Below, one piece after another: positions 51,201 to 64,000 of a DNA stretch of 64,000 bases. The notes under the pieces were generated by a model, which saw nothing but the letters and a program-made list of their open reading frames with translations, did no database searches and had not been told where the DNA came from. The DNA is taken from NCBI RefSeq assembly GCF_000150275.1, contig NW_002060943.1, positions 10,076,209 through 10,140,208 of the forward strand, in the 5' to 3' direction. This stretch comes from Trichoplax adhaerens. Its lineage: Eukaryota; Animalia; Placozoa. Numbering within the stretch: the first letter of the stretch is position 1; every line of letters starts with the position of its first letter. The translations under genes and the position numbers were made by a program.

Positions 51201-52075
51201 AAGTGTGGAGTCCAGTATAGCATAGGATAAAGTTGCACGATTTTTCATAGAAACATTGCAATAGATTTCGTCTTTCGAAATACTTGGAAATAAGTAGAGC
51301 TACAGTATGATTGATTAACATGTAAAACTAATAGCACCATCAATGTATGGTAAAAAAAATTCATGAATCTTTCAAAATCGCAATACATAGCTATCACTTT
51401 CTACGTGAATGATAAAGTAAAGCCATACAAATAATGAATTATAAAGAAATTAATAGAAAGCGATAATCTAAAATTTTAAATACCCGTACCTAGATCGATT
51501 AATAGAATTAAGTGAGCTGTATTAATGACTAACTGATTCATTAATTTTCGAGCTCATAATTTATAAAATTTCCCTTTTTATTACAACTAATATATAGTAA
51601 TACAACCTACAAGTATACCGTAATTTATTTCTATACTTTTAAATTTACTCCGTAAGGTGCTGCCTTGTAATTTCACAGACTAGTTTTTTTTAAATGCTGT
51701 ACTTAATTATTGTATATCCCAAATTCATCAACATTTAAACATTATTTACTGTGTCAAATGTACCGTTTCTGGTAGTCCACGACCGTATACGATTTTCAAT
51801 TAATATTGTTGTTATTTACTCGGTACTCCACTAGTGTACAGTACAATCACAGTATAGTATGCTTACATCACATGTGTACAGTACTAAAACTTTGTAGTAA
51901 TAAAATCGCAAACGCTTCCAACCTTTTTCAAACGGATGCATTTTCGATAAATACAAATTTGATGCCCGGTTTTACGGTGAAGGCAATTTTTACAAGATCC
52001 ACAGTTTTCCTTCTTAAGGCATGGGCCACATGCTCCACAAGCCTTGCGTTTCTTTGATGATTTTAAATCATCCAT
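45291..52075 (-). CDS. TET: TET-family (CXXC + Cys-rich + DSBH) protein with a degenerate catalytic centre; 11 coding exons reconstructed
   Basis: CXXC exon at 51923-52075 ([27 protein letters not shown]). The core reads [76 protein letters not shown] and ATTP..P.RI, and the protein ends GPYQRW. All exons join in frame. Confidence 0.92.
46857..46957 (-). other. GC-AG intron in TET
   Basis: Donor AG|GCAATT and acceptor TTAG|G. Splicing gives [11 protein letters not shown] at the position equivalent to human TET NEE|RTCACQG. Confidence 0.7.
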
Positions 52076-52149
52076 CTCAATTTAATCTTGATAAAATTAA
52101 TCGTGGTGCCTTTATCAACATCGCTGATGTGCTAACTAATACATAAAGC

Positions 52150-52600
52150 CCACTGTACAGAAAATAATTGACTTAACTCAACCATCGTACAGTACAGTAC
52201 GCTACACGTACAGTACACTACTGTAGTGGACTAGGACTGGACCGGACTGGACTGTGCCGCGGGCTATCAGTAACATTACAGTACAGTACTGTACACTGTA
52301 CAGTGTATAATGCACTGTACTGTATATGTACAGTACATAGCTACAGTACTTTATTAGACTGTACAGTGTACTGTACAGTACTGTACTGTACAATCCCATT
52401 TCTTTACAGTACTGCACAGCTCAAACAATTTTGGTACTGTACTGTACTGTACAGTGTACAGTACTGTACAGGAATCCTACAGTATTTCTTTACAGTTCAA
52501 ACAATTGGGGTACTGTACAGTACTGTACTGTACTGTACAGTACTTTACTCAAATTTGTTTACATTTACCGATGAAGACTGTACTGTACCATACTGTCCTG
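52150..52600. promoter_or_regulatory. Very dense ACAGT/ACTGT repeat cluster immediately upstream of TET
   Basis: Starts about 75 bp upstream of the TET ATG and ends abruptly near 52600. Confidence 0.65.
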
Positions 52601-55600
52601 CAGAGGTTCTCTAAATATAGCACGCAATAAGCAAATTACTAAACGCATTGGTATATTGTATATTTATGCAATCTATATTTATTACCTAAATTTAAGCTCT
52701 GCGTATGTTTACGCGGCTCCTAACGAGTGAAAGCTGCAATCGTTTTCTGATAGTACGCTAACTATCCTCCATGTACTGCAAATCAAATGACGAACTGTAC
52801 CATCGTCTAAAATTTTCAAACAAACATACGACTCGTAATTACTGTTCGTTGTAGTTATAGTAATTAGTTGAAAATATATACAGGACCGATTTTAATTTAT
52901 TTAATAAGTAAATGCCTGCCAAGATTAAAACTATCATCATCATTGAATAAAACAAAATTCTATATTTCTCAAGTCTTTAAAAAATATAAGCATATATTTT
53001 CTATGCCATGCTACGAATTTCCTAATTTTTGCAGTAAGATCGCGGACATACGAGCATCCAATCGATCTTACAATTACTAATATCGAAAAAATTACAGGTA
53101 TGACAACAACTTTATGAATTAAATTACAATAATAATGTAATCTTATTTAACCTTAAGTAGTGTAAATTTCCATAAAAATGTATAATTGAAAATTATGTAC
53201 ATTATTATAGAACTTAATAAGATGAATCCTGTGATGTAATTCGTATATTATAAGTGCACTCTTTCAATTGTAATTATAACACCGATAAATAGAATGAGTG
53301 TATTATTTTATTTCAGTCAAAATTTAGAAGTATCTGATCATTCATTTACTATTATATCCATAATTAAAATGAAAATAAAGAGTTATGATAATACGGTAAT
53401 TGAATTTAGGTTGCAAATTGTAGAAACTTATAATTATTATTCTTGTCATAAGGGTTAAGAACTTTAATGTCACTGTCAGAAATCATACATTTTGATTTAA
53501 CTCGTAAAGAAACATGCTATTCTTTCATGTAAACCATATTAGTAAGGTAATGTTCCAGACACTCGAATATTTCAATTGCACCTGTACACTCACGCGAACG
53601 ACTATTGATATAAAATGCTATAATTACCGTAGAAGTCAAGATGAATGTTTATTCCACTGTACCTAATAACTTTGACTAGTGAATTGGTATTTATTAGAAC
53701 GCAAAATGCAATGTAAGAGGTTAAGAAAATACCATATATGATACTGTAGCAATGCTAATCATATTTTATAAAATTAAATAAGCTGCAACAACCAATTTCG
53801 GCTGCTGACCAAGTAAGACTCAGGCAAAGTATGTCAATATAACTGCATAAATTACTGTTGCTTACTCTAATGTAATCAGTTATTCTTGAAATGCCTATTT
53901 CTTTGTCCGACATTTAAAAACCCAGAAATCTCTGCTGAAATTAACATTCCTCCCACTTTTTCGTTCGCTAATATAATAAACCCAAGGAATTTAAATATTC
54001 TAATGAATGAAGTCTCACGTTTCCGAACATGACTCTTTATTCTATATTCTTAATTTCATGTATAAATATATGTAAAGTTGCTTACAAGTTTGACACCCTT
54101 TAATAAATAAATGATAACCTAACCCCAAGCTACCTAAATATAAATAAGTAACTGACTTATTATGAGTTATCTATATTATATCCTACACGGCCTAGTTGTT
54201 CATAAGGTTTCCTAATTTCTTGCAATATTAAATTCTTAGCAGATTGAAGTTTAAGTAATTTTTAATTTAAAACCGTGATTAGTATTGTATTGTAAATATC
54301 GCTCAAGTAACTTCAAATTGTTATAGCTAAGAGTAAAACCTAAACATTATAATATTAAACTCATAATAACTCTAAATGAGCTAAAAACGTGACTAGAAAG
54401 ATTAATAGCCCATTAGTCATTAGTCATGCCATAAGCAATTTCTTATAAGTGGCATCTCTGAATTTACTGTCGGCATCTTTGTTATTGCTCATTTATTAAC
54501 ATTAAATACTATGTACTATAGTACATAGCAGTGACATCATAGTATCAAAGTTTCTACCACCGCAGATATGCAAAGTTATCGTGGATTTAAATTCCAGTGC
54601 TGTCCGTATCGCTCTGCCTAAATGAATACATTTAAGTGCTCACTACTTAATTATTATTACCTTTATCATCATTAATTGTCAAAATATGAAATTCTTAATA
54701 AATTAAAGAACTGTACTCATTAACAATTTTTGAAATTTTTTACCTTTATCCCGATTTACCTATTGCGCGCCAATAATTAATTAAAACGTTAATTTAGAAA
54801 TATCATATTCACAGTTGCGGAAAGGTAAATTCTCTCTGATCGTATTACTAAAAATACATGTTATTATGCTGCTATTTGATTAACGAAACCGTTAAGGTTA
54901 TAGTTTGCTATTATCTGAATTTATGAAATTATCTTCAATGTACAATTAATAAAAATGAAAGTTCACGGCATAATTCTTTACAACATTAATTAATATATCT
55001 ATACACCGACAATACTAAATTCGATCATAATAAATTTATCTTCTCATATTAAATATTTAATTCAAATTATAACTTAAAAATCGATATCGGATAAAATTAT
55101 TAATACTGAACGGTAGCAATTTTTCAACGTAGATGAAAACAATCCCGACAAGTATCGTGCACCTATTCTATAGATTATACGACTACTCGCTATGCTCTTA
55201 TCATATAATCAGACGGCAAAGCATTTGTATTAAAAATAAACTTTTATGATACTTATCAGTTGCGATTTCGTTACATACCTCGTCATAAATCTAGTAATCT
55301 AAATTAGATATTGCCGCTTTTTCACTAGTATTCTTACTAAGAAATCAATTCTAGAGGATTACGACGGTTTGGCCGTTTCTGACTGAATCATGTCAATTTT
55401 TAGAAATTGAATATATCTACAGTACACGACATATTAGAAATTTCGATTTCATTTCTCATCAGTTTGGTAATTATACACAGTACATGTAAACCTTTGGCAT
55501 AAGCAATATAATTTCAAAATATCCATTAAATAAATAATCAGTATATATGCACGTCACATTTACACGTACATTATCCATTTTTAGTACGCTTACATAGCAG

Positions 55601-58223
55601 ATCCTTATACTTTTATCGGTAAGGCATAAACTACATTGGTCCTGCATGCCTTGATCATTAACCATTACCTAATAATAGTTAAAGGCAGTTTTCCATACAA
55701 GATAATAGTCAGTCGTTCATAAACAAGGAAATATCATCAAACATTTATGACACACGAGTATAGTCAAATTACTCATTATAATAATTAACTTCTAGATACC
55801 AATTAAATTACCCCCATTTATGTTACTATCATAGATTAGAACTAACATTTTTCCTATTTACAAGACACAACATTAATACTTTAGATAACACAGACCTATA
55901 GAGGAGATTTAATTTAATAATTCAAACGTTAAATTTATCGATGATGAATTTTGTAGCAATGCTTTTTGGGTTATATGTTAATAAATTTCTGTTAAGCTAT
56001 TACAAACAATAGAATCTTTAATAGTTCCTCTAAACGGCCAGTATTACTGATCTTTGAAGTAAAGTTTATTTCTATGTGATTAGAGAGTAAATCGGTATAA
56101 TCAAATATGCAAGTGCCATATTAATATCATCTATAATGATAACGTGACAATGGTAACGAATAGCAGTGATATCCAATTCGTAACAATGACCGTCTTAGAA
56201 TTAAATAATATCCACAATCAGAATAAGATGGCAACACGAGAGGCAGAAGTGCATGCACTGACAGTATGACTACTATCTCAAAATAGGCACCCTATAAATA
56301 AGTCGATTTAAATCAAGCATTAAAAAATAGTTCGGACATCAATAAACAACCGAAAAGGCCTGGGCATGATATTAGATGTTCCTTTACAACGCCATAATAA
56401 GGAACAAAACAAGGATAAGCGCATTGTGTTAAGATAATATATATGTGATTTTTAATTAATTCACAAAGTCATAGTTTTAATCAAGATTAGAGATCAATAC
56501 ATTTTAACATTTTAAGCAATGTGTTCGCACTGTGTATTACAGTCCTACCGGCTTTAGTTCTAAAATAACAGCCTAAACGAAAACCAGTTTAAAAATAGCT
56601 CTCATAAGAATACAATAAACAAATTCTTTAATAAGACATAGATTATTTGTTATTGCTATAGCCAAAAATCGGGACAACATTTAAAATATCTGAAATAAAG
56701 AATATTAATCAACAGATGCTTCATTAGTATATTACTATAATTTATGCGTATTCCAATGATCAGTATCGATTAAGATATAGTGACTCATTTTGATTAAAGT
56801 TACAAACTAACATTAAAAATTTTCTTTTTATCACTTCAGTAGAATAAGGAATAATGAATACTTTTACACGATATATTTATATTTTTCTCTCTTCTTCTCA
56901 GTCCTATCGCTACAATACCTTTCTTAGTTACATTTTCTACTATCTACGGTAAAATTAATCAAGATAATTTTAAGATCAAAAATCCATATAAATCATCGTC
57001 TACAGACAATAATTATTGCCAAGTATTATTTGGATGTCATGATACTTACCGTACTAGTATAAACTAAATAATGCTTACCTTATACTTAGCTATTACTTAA
57101 TGTTGTCTATTAAAAAATTAATAAAACTTTAAAAGAATTTATTGACATTATCAAGTATTGTAATAAATGATACCCCATGCAATTTTAAAATAGAAATCTA
57201 AATATAAGGGAAGGGGAAAATTATCTATAGTAAAAGAAATGACGAAAAAGGATGGAAGACCATTTTATGCCTTCCCAAATAACCGAATCTTCAATAGATA
57301 AGGTCAAAATATAAACTCTTTTTAACAAAATTCTAGGATGTTCAACCATGATCTTCATTCAACCTGAACCCTTTAAAATCAGTCATAGAAATAGCCATCA
57401 ATAATTATAATAACATCAATGGCTAAAAGTTTTGTAATTGACTGACTTAAAATTCTGAAGTGATATTCTGTGTCTAATCTTGATAGGTGACGAAAATGAC
57501 ACCTAAATACTCTAAATTGCATTAGTATTAGCTATATAACAAATGTCTGCAGCCCAGCCACGATAATTATCAATCAAAGTTAAAATTAGCGTTTGATGAC
57601 GCAACCTATTTCAAAAATAACAATCCACTATGCTGTGGAAACCAATTGTGATTTTAAGTACTGTAAAATTATTTCCAGTTATTGAAATTTAATTAGTCTA
57701 CTCAATGTCGTTCTCTTAATAGAGTAGAGAGACAGGTAGAAAAGAAGGATTGGATCAAAGGACTAATATATACCAACTAGATAGTTACGTCAACGCCGGC
57801 TATGTTTTGTATTATACTTGACAATAAACCGATTGAATTTTTTTCCTTTGATAATCCGCTATTACATCAATGGCATCAAGCCCCCTGATGAATATGATAT
57901 GATAAGTATAAATACTGGTAGTTTACATTTTATTTCATTATCGTCGATTCAGTTCATCATCATCGCACGCCGCTGAAATTGCAAGACTGCCAGACCATAG
58001 CCTACTTGAGTCAGAGAAAAACTTATTTTATTTATCTTTCGGTCACAAATTATATTAGAAGTATCATACGCGTATTTAAAGATTAGTCTTTATATTCCAT
58101 TCTATACTGAAATTCACATCTACTTAAAAGAGATTTGCTCGAATTAATTACGATATTATCGAACTATACGTTACTCGGTCTCAATTGTAAACCACATCTT
58201 ATAAGTCTTAAGATTATCACAAC

Positions 58224-61200
58224 ATGATACCGTTCAAAATGATCTTATTACCTTTTCTTTTGGTTATGGTAACCTTATTCCAACTCGCCGATAAATCCAA
58301 TGCCAACGTTACTCAAAGGTTGTAATTGACTGCTCATAACTTTTAATTAAATAGAACACTTTTTCGTATTAGAAGTGCACGAATAAGTAACTATCTAGTC
58401 TACTTTTTATTGTTGTTCATATTTACAGCATAATCATGTAAAGAGTAATAAGTTCATTTGATAAAAGTTTAAAATGTTTGTAATATAATCGTCTATGACA
58501 TTTAGCCGTAGTCGTTCAAAGACTATAACCAATTACAAATTTAAAACATCTTCACATTTGAACGCTCATCTCTCACCTTCTAATCAAAACTATTCCCCGT
58601 ACTCTAGATATAACAGCCTATTTCTAATTTATTACATCATATTAATTAAATTTTTAAAATATTTATCACTATTAGACTATGGACTCAATCAAATAGCACC
58701 GCTTCATTTTATAAATATGTTGGAAATAAGCTACTTAAAGAGCTAAAATTTGAAGGCCAAGTAAGATCATTTATTCATGAGAATAATATCGTAGTAATGT
58801 ACATACATTAATATATTAACTTATAATGTAGAAGCTCACTCATACAATACGGCTATCGTTAATCTTATGACTTTTCATTTTCAATTGCACATCGTGTATT
58901 ATTACTTAATTTTTGTTCTTTACTAATAACTTATAGTCAGAAATGAGAAGCGTAGTAAGAGGGTACTTTGAAATGTATTTATAAACAATCTATATAATTC
59001 TAGCTGATATCATCTCTTTTAAGGACAGTTATTTCAATCTTTTAATCTACACGCTAATCTGATACTTTTTCCACGGCCCTATAATTCAAATACTGTAAAA
59101 GTTTAATTAGCAATCGGAGCATAAATGATTGCAACTTTATCGTAGTTTAAAAATTTTAATTTTTTGTTATAAAATTAATTATAATTATTGATTAAATTGA
59201 TTAGTACATCATTTTTTATAAATAGATATCATGTACAGCAAAAAAACTGCTAGATGCGCGCCGTAGATTATAACATCAGCCTTATAACTTTATTTTTTTA
59301 CTCCTTAAAGAAATATCAACCGAATCAAATCTTGAAAATTAGAGAAATTGCACTTAGAGCTATATATGACGCTAGCAAAGTATGCAAAGAAATCTTTCGA
59401 TATGAACGTTGGAACTGTTCAGATTTTGAAGATAATTTATTCGACTATGGAAAGAACACACTAGGTATGGATACTTATAACGAAAGATTTATATTAATTT
59501 TATCTCTTATTTATCTCTCATCATGTATGCGTTCTAAATGATGATTTAGAAAGTTAGCAGTTAATTTACATTGAGTTATAAACGAAAATAACTTTTCATC
59601 CTAATGCAATAATAACAAAAACTGGATATCGGACGATATAGATTAATTTTCCTATTTTTATTCTTCCTCATTCTTTCAATTTTTGTTAACACACGTACCT
59701 ATATATCCTTCAACAACTAACAAAATACGGCAGTAAATTACAAAAATTACGTGATTTACTGACTAGGTCGTATTGATTTTCAAAAAAGTTTATTATTCCA
59801 AGCTATGCTATATAACAACTTAATAATCCAGACAATATTTCTTTTCTTTTTATTTCCCTATCACATTTTTCTTTATTGTCATTCTAGATTAGAATAGGTA
59901 AGACGTAGAATAATAACGAGTAGGCTTCAGTTTGTAGGATTTATTAATTTCTTCACCAGTGAGTGCTATGACCATTGTCGATTTACAAAATGATTATTCA
60001 TATACGTATGAACTACCTTATGCAATATTATCACAAATAATTACCCATTTTCGTCATAAATAAAAGTAAAGTAGATTTCCATCGAAACTACAAGGATAAA
60101 TCAATAATAGATAAAGAATAACAGTCGTATATTTTACGGTTGATCAACGTATTTTTCTCCAGGAAGGAGGAAAAAGATTGTATCTTCACAAACAACATAG
60201 CAGTTGTTTTCTGTTATTTACATCGCAATGCTTCCCAGTAGGTATTACGCATAATGAACATTTTAAAGCTATAATCTTTTAAAATTTAAAGCTTTTACCA
60301 CTCAATTATTTGATTTTTTAAGTCCAATAACGATCATCATGGCCTTTTGTACAAAATTCCGAATAATGAGAATTTTATTTGCGTTAGTACTTGTCAAATT
60401 TAGTTTATCGAATGCATCACTATATAAAGCGAAGTAAAATAATAATACTACCTTAACTAATCTCATGATGCAATTTCTTATGTTCTACAAGAAAAATCGT
60501 GTTACGTTGTCTGCCATAGCTAACGTAATGCTTTCCATATTTAGATAAAGTAAGAACTATAATAAATTTATCATAAAAGTAGAGTATACTTTAAATCAAT
60601 TATTATCTATCCTGTGATATAATTCTAACTTAGTGATGGGGCTTTATTGGCAGGATATCCTACTTAGCCATTACTTTTCAATATATAGTAACGAGGATAT
60701 TTACTATCTCTGATAATATGTTAAAGTATAAACCGAATCAATATCATTTAGCGTATTGTAAGATCCATATTATTTTTAGCAATGAACTTTTACAATAAGT
60801 AATTCCTCGATTGCGTTCATTTGGGAATCCTAACAATTCTATATTTTTTAATCCATCTATCGTGATGTAATCGCGTAGTTTGGAGCTATAATTCCATGTT
60901 ATTATTGTTCTTGAACATGAATATATTTTATATAGATAGAGGTCATTTTATGTTCGCTAATTCAATTGTAAAATGAAATTTTTCTATATATGCATTTTTA
61001 GTCTGCATTTGTTTTAGAAGAACTATCTTACTTTAGCAAAGCTTATATTATTAAAATAGAAATATAATTAAGCACACCCATGATCAGCTACTATCTCTAG
61101 CCAGCTTAATTTCGTATACACTAGTGAGATGAAATAATGCTGTATTAATTTGGTATATATGATTACCAATTAATCCATATAAACAATGAAAGCGTTGTAA

Positions 61201-62874
61201 TTATAAAACACCTTTATCGAAATAGATCATAAAAAGAGATAAAATGTCATTTTTACTCAGAGACAAAATTTGTACCTTGAACTCTATTGATAGATTGGCG
61301 TATAATAGAAAATTTACGGGAAAATAGTTTTTTGTACTCTTAGTCTGGTGATCTGATTGGTATCGACCAATATGAACTGTCACCTTCACATTAATTTATT
61401 TTATAATAACGATGAAACGTTCATATTTTTCGATCTCTTTCTTTGCTAAAAAATTCTAGGATTAAGTCGATCGCTATAGTTATCATAGTAATCGTTCATC
61501 GAATTGTCTTTTATCAGCAGTAGGATACTGTAGTAGCTTAGATAGATTCATTCCCTATCACATAATTGTTTTTTTAATCAATGATGATAACAGAAGACAT
61601 AGGGATATAACTTACATAGACTTTATTCCATTTTCACAGATGTTCTTATAAGTAAGACGATATATATACAGTGCTTTTCTTCATTCACATTTTTATACCG
61701 ATGAAATTAGCTTTAAACAAATTCGATAATAATGCAGCTGTATTCAAAAGTATATTATTCGATTATGCAAGGCCAACTTAAATATATACATGAAGTTGTA
61801 TTCTATATTGATAACTTTAATTGTATTTATTACAAAATAACAATGAATTCTTAGAAATAGTCACTAAGGTTTCTATTATTGCAAGATTTTCTTCGAATTT
61901 AATCGTCTAGACGATAATAGTACGTCGCCACGCCATTCAATACCGCTCTTAGGGTTTAAATAGTGTTTCATAATTATAATACTGTTTGACTCGGTATAAA
62001 TGATAATACCTTGCCTAGATAGTATATTTGGGTGAATCATAATTGACGCCACGTTATAAGATTTAAAAGTGAATGTAAAGTTTGCCTTAATCTTGTTTAC
62101 AACTGCGATCTAAGAATACACTCGTACGTTTCTAACCTATCGCTCCAAAAATAAAATAGTCTGCTATCCAAATTGACAGATTTGATATCGAATTATTAGT
62201 TACGAACATCATATGAGCAAAACGGTGATTTGATAGTAATCTATGAAGTAAGAAATGTAAGAGATTGCGGCAACCATGTGAATTACTGTGTTATCAATGA
62301 TGCCATTGTGCAAAGAATTTATTTGACATCGTAGAGTTGAATAGCTAAAACGAGAAATTAGTTATAAATAAATATTATAATTTATCATCATAACTTAGCA
62401 TCTCTTTTAATAGTATGATATCTAAAATGTAGATGTACACAACAATAAATCTGAACATAAAAGAATAATTGTTTAAATTTAAGAAGTACTTCTCAGTATG
62501 TTCCAAATTTAAATATGAATATAAATTCAATATGGCTTAATTTTATTTCTCTCTTTTTAACTTATTTACCTCAAATGAAATGCTTTTATTACGTGAAAAA
62601 TAAAGCCAATCGTGAGAATGCTGTAACGTATGCTTTCACATCATCAATTATGATGCATGCCTTTATGAAAGAGTGCATCGGTAAACGTTTGGAGTGTACT
62701 TGTGATACCAAACCAGTTGGGCCTAAAAGCAATGTCACGAGTTGGAAAGCTTTATGTGTATCTCATTATACTTATAGTATTAACCTAACCAAACTCATTT
62801 TGGATAAATCTTTTGAAAACAGTAAAGATTCAAGAGCGCTTATGAATCATCATAATCTTCGGGCTGGTAGAATA
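58224..62874 (+). CDS. WNT8: Wnt ligand, divergent, most similar to Wnt8; partial (3' exons lie beyond the window)
   Basis: Signal-peptide exon at 58224-58318. Exon 59311-59464 has VCKEIFRYERWNC. Exon 62606-62874 has ANRENA..KECIGKRLECTCD..KDSRALMNHHNLRAGR. Wnt8-like traits are CK..F..ERWNC, ANRE, KDxRALMNxHNxRAGR and no N-terminal Cys pair. The CKCHG-SGSC exon was not found before position 64000. The Wnt call is firm; the subfamily is less so. Confidence 0.85.
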
Positions 62875-64000
62875 GTAAGTACTGTGATTACTATTAACGT
62901 TACCCATAATAAGTGAGGATATATCTGCAATTAATAATACTTCATCGGCTAATATATAACGTAAGGCTTCACTTTTATATATTATATTCGTCATCTTAAT
63001 ATTTCGACAAAATATTGGCTTAGTCACGCTAATTTCTAGCACAATTTGTATTTACGGCTTGCAGTAACTTATCGAACAACGTAAGAATCATGATACTGAA
63101 TGTTAGTAGAGAAGTTAATTATGTAAGGATTCTATCCAACTTTGTTAATTTCGGGCTAACGAGAATTGAATCAATCTTATGGCATGCAGTGTATCCAAAT
63201 ACTGCTTAGAAAAGTTGCTTGTGATCGAACACTAGATTTATGAGTAATTTATAGCTTGAGGATACGACTGGCGGCACTGTCCATTTAGTTTACAGTAAGA
63301 GTTTAGCATTAAATTATATAAATATGTATAGAGATAGAGAAAAAGGAATGTATATATAGAATTATACCATAAAAAATGATTCATTTCGTTTAGAAAGTGA
63401 TCTTTGAAGTTCATGTTGATTCGATATATGCGAATACCGGTATTTACATTTATTAATCGATATTATTGATGTAGATATAGATAAATTCGAAAGATTTTCT
63501 GCAAATATGCTAAAACATATGTATTCAACTTTTCTGACTAGTTATAGTAAATACCATAATCAGATCAAGCCAACGCAATTTGATTATTGTCATTATTACC
63601 AAATACATACAGTACATTGTTTATACTGTAGTTATATCAAAAAATTTAGTGTTCCTTGTTTGAATAGGTAAAATCTATTTTGAAGGTCTCTTAAAAATAT
63701 GGATCTCCATTTTTGTGCTGTCTCGACCTTCAATAATATGCTAAATGTAGTTAATAATCATAAATTTCACTCCTTTACATGCATTTAAGTATTTTAAAAT
63801 TTATTTGTAGTATCCTAGTATAATAGCTACATTGTTGTACAGTGATTGGTTACACATTAGCAATTGTGTATCTGAAAGTAACCTTTGATAAACTTTTGGT
63901 TAAATTGTTCTAATAAATAACTTATCTAGAATGTTATCATCTTTAATTTAAATTAAAATCATTTTACATTAATAAGTTACCTTACTTTATATAAGGAGAA

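Noticed and set aside
45291-52075. Calling TET a pseudogene
   Set aside because: No frameshifts or premature stops across the reconstructed exons, splice sites intact, and substitutions concentrated on catalytic and substrate-binding residues rather than spread randomly.

Overview
Eukaryotic, AT-rich, gene-dense genomic DNA with short introns from an early-branching animal. Compactness and gene content suggest a placozoan such as Trichoplax, but that is inference. Ten protein-coding genes could be spliced together by hand: cactin(-), COX7C(+), PIGN(-), ENY2(+), NSMAF/FAN(-), SCD(-), VAP(-), SLC9A8/NHE8(+), TET(-) and a 3'-truncated, divergent Wnt8-like gene(+). Four pairs are head-to-head. 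Main observations: (1) The TET gene has an intact reading frame and an intact CXXC finger, but two of the three Fe(II) ligands are lost (HxD->HVN; distal His->Arg), along with the 5mC-recognition loop, so it looks like a conserved TET pseudo-enzyme. (2) Dense clusters of a palindromic ACAGT/ACTGT (TACAGTAC/TGTACA) repeat mark essentially every housekeeping-gene 5' region. They are largely absent from gene bodies, convergent 3' ends and the Wnt locus, and further orphan clusters lie in a gene-free 5.5-kb stretch. (3) There are two minor-spliceosome (U12) introns, one apparently AT-AA, plus a GC-AG intron. (4) Short inverted-repeat (MITE-like) elements share a GGACTACT terminus. No tRNA, rRNA, CRISPR or transposase ORF was recognised. 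All homology calls come from recalled motifs, not database searches.
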